Of a stretch of 64,000 nt of DNA, positions 9,911-19,170 are shown piece by piece. The notes under the pieces are model-generated. The model was given only the letters and a program-made list of their open reading frames with translations, made no database searches and was not told the DNA's origin. Origin of the DNA: Verrucomicrobiia bacterium (GTDB lineage Bacteria; Verrucomicrobiota; Verrucomicrobiia; Limisphaerales; UBA8199); the NCBI GenBank assembly GCA_035946615.1, contig DASYZB010000010.1, positions 5,235 through 69,234 on the forward strand, in the 5' to 3' direction. The number at the start of each line of letters is the position of its first letter. Position 1 is the stretch's first letter. A program made the translations under genes and the position numbers.

Positions 9911-9931
9911 GTGCGTGGGACAGATTTCTTC
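9911..9931 (+). repeat. IS left inverted repeat GTGCGTGGGACAGATTTCTTC
   Basis: It is the exact reverse complement of 11670..11690. Confidence 0.9.
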
Positions 9932-9991
9932 AGATTCATGATTTGCGCCGTTTTTTGTTGTCTTATAGAGATGTATATCTATACTACGCCC

Positions 9992-11667
9992 ATGAATACT
10001 CCTCTCACACCTCAGTCCCTCATCCAACAGATCCTTCAAATCCAACGGATGGAGCACGGCTCCCTCTCCATCATCCGCCAGGGACCCAGCGGTCCCTACT
10101 ACAACCTCAACTCCTGGGAAAACGGCAAAAACTGCTGCCGCTATCTGCCACAAGACAAGGTTCCGGAGGTCCAACAGGCCATTGAGGGTTACCAGCAATA
10201 CCAGCAACTCACCGAGCAATACGCTCAGCAGATCATCGAGCAAACCCGCGCCCAGTTGCATATCGGCGTAAAAAAAAAGCTCCAGCCCAACCCGCAGAGA
10301 TCCCGCCCCAAATCCGCCTCGCCCAAGACCAGGAAATCGAGCACTTGATGGCCCGTTTCCAGGCTACCGAACCCAACGGTGTCGCCGTCCAGAAATTGGA
10401 GGGGCTAGTACGGACGGCCGTTTTTCGCTCGGCCAGGGACGTGGTCGCTTATCTGTTGCAGCAAGCTGCCGACCGCATTGACGCGGCTTACCAGCCCAAA
10501 CCAGGCTGGCAGCGCAAAGCAAAAGCGCAGCTCACGCTCGACTGCATCTTCGGGTTTTTCACTTTGGAACGGGACTATTACTATCATCCGGGCAAGCAGC
10601 AGGGGCACTATCCGGCTGATGCCGCCTTGGGGCTGGAGGGGAGCTCTACCAGGAGCTCTACCCCGGCCTTGGCGCGGTTGGTGTGCTTAGAGGGGGCCGA
10701 TGAAGCCAGCTACCAAAAGGCCCAGGAACATTTGAAAGAGACCGGCGGTATTAAGGTGTCGGCCCGGCAGATCCAACGGTTGGTACAAGGCGTGGGTCCC
10801 GACGCCCAAATCTGGCAAGAGCGCGAGGCATTGGTACCACTGCCGGGCACCCAACCGGCGTCCATTATGTATCTCAGCGGCGACGCCTCGGGCGTAACCC
10901 ATGCGCCCGGAGGAACTGGAGGGCCGGGAAGGCAAAGGACCCGACGGCAAGGCCAAGACCCGGATGGCCAACCTGGGTTGCGTTTTCACGCAGCATCAAG
11001 TCGATGACCAAGGCCATCCCATACGCGATCCCAACTCAACCACCTACGTCTCCACCATGGGACCGCTCGAGGAGTTCGGCCCGCTGTTGCGGCAGGAGGC
11101 CATCCGGGGACTGTCCTTGGCCGTGTTCATGGTAATGCTCATCGATGGCGCCGAAGGGTTGGCCAACATGGGGCGACTCTGTTTTCCCGCCGCTCTTCAA
11201 ATCGTGGACTTCTATCACGCGATGGAGCACGCCCGCAAGGTGCTGGCGGCCCTGCTGGGCAGCAAGGAACATCCCGATTTCAAGAAACGACTCGGCCGTT
11301 GGGCTCGACAATTACTCCGCGATAAAGTCCAACATCTCATCGACGCCGCGCGCAAGGAATGCGCCGGCACCGCCCGAGCCGAGGCGGTAGAAAAGGAACT
11401 TGGTTATTTCGTTCGCAACGTGGCGCGCATGCAGTATGGCACTTTCCGCAGCCGGGGTTTCTTCATCGGTTCGGGAGTCATCGAAGCCGGCTGCAAGACG
11501 ATCATCGGCACTCGGTGCAAACAGTCAGGCATGTTCTGGGGCGTACCTGGAGCCCAAAACATCCTGGCTCTGCGCTGTATCAGCGCCAGCGCCGACTCTC
11601 TGACTTTTGGAAAACGCGACTCAACGCCCACGCTGCCCGCAATGATTGCCTGGCCCTTGCCGCCTAA
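9992..11667 (+). pseudogene. ISKra4-like transposase with a DUF6788-like N-terminal part, split over at least four frames
   Basis: The pieces are 9992..10348, 10345..11007, 10901..~11590 and ~11590..11667. Motifs present are SGDASGV/MRPEE (DGTGVPM-like), KTRMANLGCVFTQ, VDFYHAMEH, CKQSGMFW and the C-terminal RLSDFWKTR. The inferred natural stop is at 11665-11667, 2 nt before the right IR. Confidence 0.8.
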
Positions 11668-11669
11668 CC

Positions 11670-11690
11670 GAAGAAATCTGTCCCACGCAC
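11670..11690 (-). repeat. IS right inverted repeat
   Basis: It is the reverse complement of 9911..9931 (21/21). Confidence 0.9.
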
Positions 11691-11699
11691 AACCTGCGC
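11691..11699. repeat. Target-site duplication, right copy (AACCTGCGC)
   Basis: Identical to 9902..9910. Confidence 0.8.
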
Positions 11700-11742
11700 C
11701 ATCGGCTTCTCAAGATGTTTGCAATTCCCACAAACTGCGCAA

Positions 11743-12174
11743 CTATGGCGGTTCCATGGCCCACCGCTCCTTTTGAGGGCGCTTTTGAATCTCGTTCCAC
11801 ACCTCCTTGTAGAATCCTTTTGGCATTTTATAGTGCGCTATGCTTCCCTGGCTGTCGATCACGACATCGAGGCACTCGTTGCAGAACTGGACCTCAATTT
11901 TGCCGGCCGGCGTTCGGAAGATGGCGTCGTGAGAGTGCAAGTCCCACCTTCTCCCAACTGGGTCCGCCTCGAGATGAACGCTTCGCGAGATGCGCGCGAC
12001 GTCTGCCGCGTTGGTAATGGTGAAGCTCACCTGGTTGGTTGTGCCCAGGTCCTCCTGGACCAGGGTTATCGATGTGGCGTTTGTAAAAATCCAGGAGCGA
12101 TGCGGCAGCTCGCTGTGCGGCTCTGGCGCCGGTTCTGCCGGCGCGGCGCGCGCCGGGTCATCTTTTTTCTTTTT
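11743..12174 (-). pseudogene. C-terminal domain of the upstream membrane-anchored protein, displaced into another frame
   Basis: The frame is open from 12174 with no ATG/GTG/TTG until 12030. It reads as a PAEPAPEP linker followed by a beta-rich domain. It overlaps the 3' end of 12158..12961 inside the A6GA6 run. Confidence 0.45.
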
Positions 12175-12961
12175 TCAACTCGGGGGGCGCCGCGCCTCCG
12201 GTGTCAAGCCCTCTAAGATAGCACGCCAGTTTGCCTTGGGGATCGAAGACGAAGCCGAATTTGGGGAGCGGCATGAAGGGGGCGTTGACACCTTCCCCCA
12301 CATCCACAGAAACTCCACCGTTCATGGCCCCTGACGCGCTGGTTGGCCTGATGGCGATTTGGTCGGGCGGGAATTCTTGGCCTCCTGAATCCGCCTTTAT
12401 AAGCCTAAGAATCTCCTCCCGGCTGACTGACATCGGCAGCGGCGGCGCCGGGCTTTTTGGCATGCGGAACAGGTCGTTGGCTGCAGCGGACATCAGGTAA
12501 TCAACGCATATCTTGCCGTGGTCATCGCTGACGCCCAAGGTCGTGCCATTAATCACGAAGCTAAATTCTGGGGCCGGCCCGTCCGGAAATGCGCTTTCCC
12601 TTAGCTTGTCCTCTGTCACGTCCTCTGGCCGGAAGGGCAGGTGCCTTCCGTATATCTTACACCACTGTTCCACGGCCGGTTTGATCTTCTCCGCGAATTT
12701 TTTGTCGAATGCTTCCCTTTCCTCGCTAGTCATATCGGAAACGGGCTCTCGAATTTGGCGAAGCCGCTGTTGAATGGGATTCATGGGCCGGACAGCAGCA
12801 ATCGCCACATTCGTCTTTAGGGGCAGCGAGCGTTCTGGGGCGGAGGCGGCCGGAGCTGGTTCAGCGGTTGGGAGCGTCCGTTTTTGATTAGCAAGGAAGA
12901 TCGCTATGGCCACTAGCATCACAGCGACCACAAGCACGCCCATGCCCCAGTTCCGCCTCAT
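12158..12961 (-). CDS. Hypothetical membrane-anchored protein (N-terminal TM), probably the 5' part of a frameshifted gene
   Basis: 267 aa with an N-terminal hydrophobic helix (GMGVLVVAVMLVAIAIFLA). I recognise no family. Confidence 0.55.
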   Translation of the reverse strand: MRRNWGMGVLVVAVMLVAIAIFLANQKRTLPTAEPAPAASAPERSLPLKTNVAIAAVRPMNPIQQRLRQIREPVSDMTSEEREAFDKKFAEKIKPAVEQWCKIYGRHLPFRPEDVTEDKLRESAFPDGPAPEFSFVINGTTLGVSDDHGKICVDYLMSAAANDLFRMPKSPAPPLPMSVSREEILRLIKADSGGQEFPPDQIAIRPTSASGAMNGGVSVDVGEGVNAPFMPLPKFGFVFDPQGKLACYLRGLDTGGAAPPELKKEKR

Positions 12962-12973
12962 AGCTTCGTTCCT

Positions 12974-14491
12974 CTACTGATTTACGTTCCCCAGATTGTT
13001 TCCCATTATTTCGTCGTCCAGCAGCGTTGTGTATGGCAGCCAGTAGTAGCCGGTGAGAACAGGCTTATACACCGAAAGACCTGGGAAATTGTTTAGGGTG
13101 ACTCTAAGCATCCTGGCGACGCCCCAGTTTGGTTCGCAACCGCCGGGGTAACTGTTGGGACCGGTGACCCAGAACTGGTCGAATCCCTCCTCTGCCTGGG
13201 CAATCGATGTCAGTGGAGTTCCAAATCCCTCCTGGGGAAACTCTCCCGCGAAGAACAGGCCGCTGTTCTTTCTCATGAAAGTCGTGTCTTGGAGCGGCTT
13301 GGGGCGAATTCCGAATGCCACGGGAAATGGGATTCTCCCGGGGTAAACCGCCGGGTTGGTGGAAATGGTGTTGCAGGCCCACATGGCAACTTTCCTCATT
13401 CTCCAGTTTTGTCCAGCAGCTTGGGTCCAGCCTGCCAGCTCACCGGATGAAGCCACGGCCCCGTTGTACCCCGGGCCCTTTGCGCCGACTCCGGTCCAGC
13501 CGCCATGGGTTGGCCCCCAGGTAAGATCAGAGTAAAGCATGCTGCCCAACTTTTGCTGATGGAAGGGTTTCCAACCAGATTGACTCCCCGGATTGAGGTC
13601 ATACCCGGTGGTGATGTTGCGGCCGTCTCCTATTTCCCACGAGTAATATTGGGTCAAGCCTAACTGGTCGTAGATGTCGTTATATAAGAATTGCAAAGTC
13701 TGGTCGATCCAGGTCTCTGCTTGGCTGTTGATCCAGCCCATCCACTGATTGTTGGTGTTCGACTCCTCGCAGTACGTGAGGATGACCCCCGCCCCGGGCC
13801 GCACCCCCTGCCGGTCTATGGTGTTCGTGACGTCCAAGGTGGTCGGATCGTTTGCCACAAAGTGTACGACGTAGGTGTCGTCAGTGTAAGGGGTGGTGCC
13901 ATCGGGCTCCGTGAAATTCCACGGGATCATTGCAGTTCCCGGATTCGGTAGGTCCCCCGCGTAGCTCGCCAGAAGCCGGCCGTCGGACGCGGCGGAAATT
14001 GTCACCTGAATCTGATCGGGTTGATTGACGCCGAAAAGAATTAAGTTCGTGCCCATATCGGGCGAGCACATGTCGCTGGCGTTCACAAGGAACGCCGGAT
14101 TTTCAAAATCGAGAGAGAGTGTGGCCGTGTTGCCGTAAACCAGTTGCGTGTCCATCGGGGGGTTTTGCGGATCGAATGCAAAAGGGATGCTCCCGTAGTT
14201 TATCTCAATCTCCTGGAGACCCGAGGCGGCGTACCGGGTGTCGAGGGTTACGGTATTTGTGCTGCCGAGGGTAACAGTGGCCCTGGGCTGGAGGCCGTTA
14301 ACTGTTACCGCAAGCCCCTGATTTGTGCCCGTGAGGCCGCTGATGTCGGTGATCACTGCCTGGACCGAGATGATGTTGCTGACCGTCTCGTTGGGTTGGG
14401 GGCCTGTCAATTGCATCTGCGCCCCGCCGTAGGGGATCGCCGCGAAAAAGGCGTTATAGGAGAGGTTCAGGTTTGACACGAGCATGAACAT
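12974..14491 (-). CDS. Hypothetical protein (505 aa), ORFan; the N-terminus may be truncated
   Basis: A long ORF with normal composition and Ig-like/beta-rich sequence. The frame stays open about 40 codons upstream of the ATG (to 14611) without a start codon. Confidence 0.5.
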   Translation of the reverse strand: MFMLVSNLNLSYNAFFAAIPYGGAQMQLTGPQPNETVSNIISVQAVITDISGLTGTNQGLAVTVNGLQPRATVTLGSTNTVTLDTRYAASGLQEIEINYGSIPFAFDPQNPPMDTQLVYGNTATLSLDFENPAFLVNASDMCSPDMGTNLILFGVNQPDQIQVTISAASDGRLLASYAGDLPNPGTAMIPWNFTEPDGTTPYTDDTYVVHFVANDPTTLDVTNTIDRQGVRPGAGVILTYCEESNTNNQWMGWINSQAETWIDQTLQFLYNDIYDQLGLTQYYSWEIGDGRNITTGYDLNPGSQSGWKPFHQQKLGSMLYSDLTWGPTHGGWTGVGAKGPGYNGAVASSGELAGWTQAAGQNWRMRKVAMWACNTISTNPAVYPGRIPFPVAFGIRPKPLQDTTFMRKNSGLFFAGEFPQEGFGTPLTSIAQAEEGFDQFWVTGPNSYPGGCEPNWGVARMLRVTLNNFPGLSVYKPVLTGYYWLPYTTLLDDEIMGNNLGNVNQ

Positions 14492-14927
14492 GGGATCGGC
14501 AACCTGGTATTGAGGGACCGTCCCCTGTATCAGCCAGCCGTCTTGCGCGCCGGGACCGGATAGATCGATGTTCTTCCAGAATGCGGCGGGAAGGCAAGCG
14601 CAGAAGAATTAAAATGCATTAAAATTGCAGGAAATTTCCGCGGACAGCATAGCTTTTTCTTGGTTTTGGGCCAGCAAGGGATGGCCAGAAACGCTTGTCG
14701 GGGCCAGCAGTCTGGTTTTGTGTTTTGTTTCGCCAGGAATTCGTAATCGCGGTCGTGTTAATCAAATGTCCTGCTGGGCAAGCTTTGACCTTCCGGCCCC
14801 TGCGTCCTCATCACGAGAATCGCTGGCCAATTGGGCTTTGCGTTGACGGCAGAATCCAATACGATTGCAGGGTGATGCCGATGACTAATGTCCTCATCTG
14901 ACCTGAATTGTTTATCACCAATCCAAA

Positions 14928-16466
14928 ATGAGTATCAAACGCACCACCTTGGCGCTTTTTACGCCGGTCTTGCTCTTCCTGCTCTTTCTGGTCCAGGGCG
15001 CGCAGGCCGGTTCCTCCAACCCTCTGCCGATTGCTCCGGGCCCGTTCGAACCGACGATGGATTCACTCACCAATTATCATTGTCCGGAATGGTTCCGGGA
15101 CGCGAAGTTTGGGATATGGGCGCATTGGGGTCCGCAGGCGGTGCCGATGGACGGCGATTGGTATGCCCGGCATTTGTATGAACAGGGGCAGGAACAATAC
15201 CGGGATCACCTCGAACATTACGGGCATCCCGCGACCAATGGTTACAAGGATATTATCCCGCTCTGGAAAGCGGAGAAATGGGACCCCGGCCGCCTGATGG
15301 CGCTCTACAAGCGCGCCGGCGCCCGCTATTTCGTCAGCATGGGCTCGCATCACGACAATTTTTTCCTCTGGAACTCGAAACTGCACCGGTGGAATGCGGT
15401 GAATATGGGGCCGCACAAGGACGTGGTGGGCGCCTGGCAAAAGGCGGCCAGGAAGCAAGGGCTCCGCTTTGGGGTTTCCGAGCACTTGGGCGCCAGTTTC
15501 ACCTGGTTCCAGGCCAGTCACAAATCAGATAAGACGGGCCCTTTGGCCGGCGTGCCTTACGATGGCGCCAACCCGGAGTGGCAAGACCTCTACCATTTCC
15601 CGGCGGAGCCTGGGGACACCGGTTGGTACAGCACCAACCCGCGCTGGCAAGATCAGTGGTTTGATGAAATCAAGGAGTTGGTCGATAACTATCATCCCGA
15701 CTTGCTCTACAGCGATGGCGGGGTGCCCTTTGGCAACGAAGTTGGCCGCAGTTTGATTGCGCATTTGTATAATTCCGATCCGCATCGCCGGGGGATGCGC
15801 GGCCAGGTGGTCTATACCTGCAAACAAAAGTCCCAAGGCCGCTGGGTCGAGGACCTCGAACGCGGGGTGATGCCGGGCATCAACCCGTATCCGTGGCAGA
15901 CCGATACTTCGATTGGGGACTGGTTTTACAACCGGCATTGGAAATACCGGCCAATAACCTGGACCATTCACATGTTGGTGGACATCGTCAGCAAGAACGG
16001 AAACCTCTTGCTCAATGTGGTCCAGCGCCCGGACGGTTCGCTTGATGCCGATGTGGAACAGATGCTTCATCAGATGGCCGACTGGATCAGCATCCATGGT
16101 GAGGCGATTTATGGCACACGCCCCTGGCTGGTTTATGGGGAAGGCCCGGTGCGCATAAAAGGCGGCAGTTTCAAAGAGGATTTCGCGTATGGCGCCAAAG
16201 ACATCCGGTTTACGACAAAGGGCCGGACTCTCTACGCTATCGCGTTGGGCTGGCCTGAGGACAACCAGTTGGTAATCAAATCTCTTGCTACCGGCGGCGG
16301 CAAGATTAAGAGGGTCAGCTTGCTGGGTTATAAGGGCAAACTCGACTGGATCCAAACCGAGACGGGCCTGGTTGTAAAGCTCCCGGCAGAAAAGCCCTCG
16401 ATATACACCTGCGGGCTGAAGATCACCGGCGCTGATTTGAAGCCGGCGCCAGTGGCTGCGGAGTGA
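14928..16466 (+). CDS. Alpha-L-fucosidase, GH29, secreted
   Basis: A signal peptide is present, and WFRDAKFGIWAHWGPQAVP...YFVSMGSHHDNFFLWNS is typical of GH29. Confidence 0.9.
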   Translation: MSIKRTTLALFTPVLLFLLFLVQGAQAGSSNPLPIAPGPFEPTMDSLTNYHCPEWFRDAKFGIWAHWGPQAVPMDGDWYARHLYEQGQEQYRDHLEHYGHPATNGYKDIIPLWKAEKWDPGRLMALYKRAGARYFVSMGSHHDNFFLWNSKLHRWNAVNMGPHKDVVGAWQKAARKQGLRFGVSEHLGASFTWFQASHKSDKTGPLAGVPYDGANPEWQDLYHFPAEPGDTGWYSTNPRWQDQWFDEIKELVDNYHPDLLYSDGGVPFGNEVGRSLIAHLYNSDPHRRGMRGQVVYTCKQKSQGRWVEDLERGVMPGINPYPWQTDTSIGDWFYNRHWKYRPITWTIHMLVDIVSKNGNLLLNVVQRPDGSLDADVEQMLHQMADWISIHGEAIYGTRPWLVYGEGPVRIKGGSFKEDFAYGAKDIRFTTKGRTLYAIALGWPEDNQLVIKSLATGGGKIKRVSLLGYKGKLDWIQTETGLVVKLPAEKPSIYTCGLKITGADLKPAPVAAE

Positions 16467-16538
16467 CGACAGAGTGCGCCCAGGGTCTTGGAATGGAGCA
16501 GTGCTCTGCCGTGTCCGGTAATGGTAGTGATCTGGAAG

Positions 16539-16679
16539 TAGCCGCAAAGGAACGCAGGGAACGCAAAGAACCGAAGAGTCTTCCGGTCATACTTCCCGGA
16601 AACCGCCGGTCCTCTTGAAACTCCTTCTGCCGCTCTCCCGCTTAATGCTCTTTGCGTTCTTTGAGTTCTCATGCGGCTA
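16539..16679. repeat. Intergenic element bounded by imperfect ~33-bp inverted repeats
   Basis: The left arm is TAGCCGCAAAGGAACGCAGGGAACGCAAAGAAC. The reverse complement of the right arm is TAGCCGCATGAGAACTCAAAGAACGCAAAGAGC. Confidence 0.5.
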
Positions 16680-16772
16680 AAAGCTTCTGAATTCTTCTGG
16701 ACCAATTTCGCGGGCCAGAATAGCTTCATGCCCGAATGCAGCCGTTCCCAGAAATCCTTCAGGTGACCATAT

Positions 16773-18098
16773 ATGAAAACAAACCGTTCCTGCTCTCGCC
16801 GCTCGTTTCTTAAGCAAACCGCAATTGCTGGAGTAGCGCCGTTGCTTCTGCCCTCCCGCATCTGGGCCGCGGATGCAGGTCCCAACAGCCAAATTACTCT
16901 GGGTTTCATTGGTATGGGCACTCAGAACCGGGGTTTGCTGGGCGGCTTTCTGAGGCACAACGGCGTGCGCGTCCTGGCCGTGTGCGATGTGGACACCGAC
17001 CGCCGTGAAAACGCCAAGGGCATCGCCGACAAATTCTACGCCCAATCTGCAGGCAATGATTCGGCCAAGAGCTGCGCCATGCATGGCGATTTCCGCGAGT
17101 TGGTCGCCCGTCAGGACCTTGATGGTATCGTCATTGCCACGCCGGACCATTGGCATGCGCTGACGGCTATTGCGGCCGCCCGCGCCGGCAAAGACATCTA
17201 TTGCGAAAAGCCGATGAGCCACACCATCCGCGAAGGCCGGGCCATGGTCAACGCCGTGCGCAAGAACAACCGCGTCTTTCAGGTCGGCAGCATGCAGCGC
17301 TCCTCACACGAGTTCCGCGCCGCATGCGAGTTGGTGCGCAACGAATGCATCGGCAAAGTCATGCGCGTCGATGTCGCGGTCGGCGGTCCGCCTGTTCCCT
17401 GTGATTTGCCCGCCGAACCCGATCAACCCGGGTTGGATTGGAGCTTCTGGCTGGGAGCCGCGCCCATGCGGCCTTACAACTCGGTCCTCAGCCCGCGCGG
17501 CGTTCACAAACACTTCCCCGAGTGGCGCCATTACCGCGAGTATGGTGGCGGGGGTGTCTGCGATTGGGGCGCTCATCACCTCGATATCGCCCATTGGGCG
17601 CTCGGGTTCGACAACACCGGGCCGGTGGAAATCGTGCCGCCCAAAGACCCCAATGCGCAGAGCGGCGTGCGTCTCCTGTATGCCAACGGAGTGGAAATCA
17701 CCCATCGCAGCGGCAACGGAGTCACCTTTTACGGCGATAAAGGAAAAATCTACGTGAACAGGGGCAAATTCGAGCTTTGGCTTGGAGACGAGCAAAAGGC
17801 CAAAGAGGTTGGCGAATGCAAGCAAATGCTGCAGGACCTCTTGCCGGCCAATGCGGTCCGGCTCTATAACAGTTATGATCACCTGGGCGATTGGCTGCGT
17901 TCGATGCACACGCGCAAACCGCCTATTTGTGATGTGGAAATTGGGCAGCGATCCGCCACGGCCTGCAATCTCATTAACCTGGCGTATTTCCACGGAAAGA
18001 TTCTGAGATGGGACCCGGCGACCGAGCAATTCAGTGGGGGCACAGGCGATCCGCAGTGGCTCACACGCGAGTACCGCGCGCCTTGGAAGCTGGCTTGA
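16773..18098 (+). CDS. Gfo/Idh/MocA family oxidoreductase with a TAT signal
   Basis: The twin-arginine leader SRRSFLKQTAIAG is followed by a Rossmann N-domain (LGFIGMGTQNRG). Confidence 0.85.
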   Translation: MKTNRSCSRRSFLKQTAIAGVAPLLLPSRIWAADAGPNSQITLGFIGMGTQNRGLLGGFLRHNGVRVLAVCDVDTDRRENAKGIADKFYAQSAGNDSAKSCAMHGDFRELVARQDLDGIVIATPDHWHALTAIAAARAGKDIYCEKPMSHTIREGRAMVNAVRKNNRVFQVGSMQRSSHEFRAACELVRNECIGKVMRVDVAVGGPPVPCDLPAEPDQPGLDWSFWLGAAPMRPYNSVLSPRGVHKHFPEWRHYREYGGGGVCDWGAHHLDIAHWALGFDNTGPVEIVPPKDPNAQSGVRLLYANGVEITHRSGNGVTFYGDKGKIYVNRGKFELWLGDEQKAKEVGECKQMLQDLLPANAVRLYNSYDHLGDWLRSMHTRKPPICDVEIGQRSATACNLINLAYFHGKILRWDPATEQFSGGTGDPQWLTREYRAPWKLA

Positions 18099-18107
18099 GC
18101 GTCGGGA

Positions 18108-18857
18108 CTAGCGCTGCCGATTGGCCATGGCCTGCAAGGACCTTTGGAGTATCGCCTCTGGCGGGCCTTCGGCCGAAACCGGGAGCAGTAAGTTGCGGCG
18201 CTGATAAAACTCCGCCAAAGGCGCGGTGCTGCGGCGGTAGGCCTCCATGCGCACACGGATGGCTTCAGGGGAATCATCCGCCCGCTGATAGAGTTCGCCG
18301 CCGCAATGGTCGCATACGCCCTCTGCCTTGGGTGGAAGCGCCTGGATGTGAAACACTGCCCTGCAGTTGCGGCAGGTGCGCCGTCCGCTCAATCGGGCGA
18401 CGATCTCCTCGATGGGCATCTCATAGCTGAGCACCCCATCGAGATTTACCTTTTGCTCAGCGAGCAATTTTTCGAGGGCCTCGGCTTGGGTTACGGTGCG
18501 GGGGAATCCATCCAACAAGAACCCTCCTTTGCACCGAAGGCAGTGAACCCGTTCAGCGACCAGGTCCAGCACCATCTCATCGGGCACTAATTCTCCGCGT
18601 TCCATGTACTCGAGAGCCAAGGCCAGGGTGCGGCTCCGATCACACAGGGCCATGGACCTTGCCGCGCGAAAAATATCGCCGGTGGAAAGGTGGCAAGCTC
18701 CGAACGTTTCGTTCAGCAATTCGGCCTGGGTCCCTTTACCCACACCCGGCGCGCCCAGCAGTACCAACCGGCGCGGCGCCCCCAGCGGCTTTGGCACAAC
18801 CTTGCAGCGGCTTTTGCCGGCTGTAAGCCACGTCATTCGATCGCTTGCAGTTCTCAT
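18108..18857 (-). CDS. adk: Adenylate kinase (zinc-lid type); start uncertain (18797-18920)
   Basis: The P-loop LLGAPGVGKGTQAE and a Cys4 lid (CRNC...CDHC) are present. The N-terminal extension is unusual. Confidence 0.85.
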   Translation of the reverse strand: MRTASDRMTWLTAGKSRCKVVPKPLGAPRRLVLLGAPGVGKGTQAELLNETFGACHLSTGDIFRAARSMALCDRSRTLALALEYMERGELVPDEMVLDLVAERVHCLRCKGGFLLDGFPRTVTQAEALEKLLAEQKVNLDGVLSYEMPIEEIVARLSGRRTCRNCRAVFHIQALPPKAEGVCDHCGGELYQRADDSPEAIRVRMEAYRRSTAPLAEFYQRRNLLLPVSAEGPPEAILQRSLQAMANRQR

Positions 18858-19170
18858 GCTCGCTTCGCGTTTGAATGAAGCTCGAAGCGCGCCCGCTTCC
18901 CTTGGGCAAACAACAGGCAAGTCTCTTGGAGACGCGCCTCGAGCTATCTGTAGGTAAACTACTTCACAACGCGTGTGTGCTACAACACACTAATTGCCTA
19001 TTGCTCGCCCTTTTTTGGCCCCATGGCATTGAATTGGACGGGCGCTGGTGCGCCCTAGGATAGGAGTCCGCGCGAAGGGTCGTGGACTGCGCCAGTCCCT
19101 GGCGCTTTTGGGCTTTTGCGCCGCGCGCTCGCCAAGTTTGAGTTAGGCGCCCAAGTGGGAGTGAAAGGTC

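Larger units (their letters stand above)
9911..11690 (+). mobile_element. ISKra4-family-like insertion sequence (1780 bp), transposase decayed
   Basis: Perfect 21-bp terminal inverted repeats, a 9-bp direct target duplication, and internal ORFs with ISKra4-type transposase motifs. Confidence 0.85.

Noticed and set aside
10637-10660. A 12-bp in-frame tandem duplication, AGCTCTACC(AGG)AGCTCTACC, inside the IS transposase.
   Set aside because: It is real in the sequence, but it is a minor feature of an already decayed gene and needs no separate interpretation.
19085-19120. A strong hairpin GCGCCAG-tcc-CTGGCGC followed by TTTTGGGCTTTT, which looks like a plus-strand terminator.
   Set aside because: Both neighbouring genes are on the minus strand, so there is no plus-strand transcript to terminate. 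It is probably another short repeat or structure motif.
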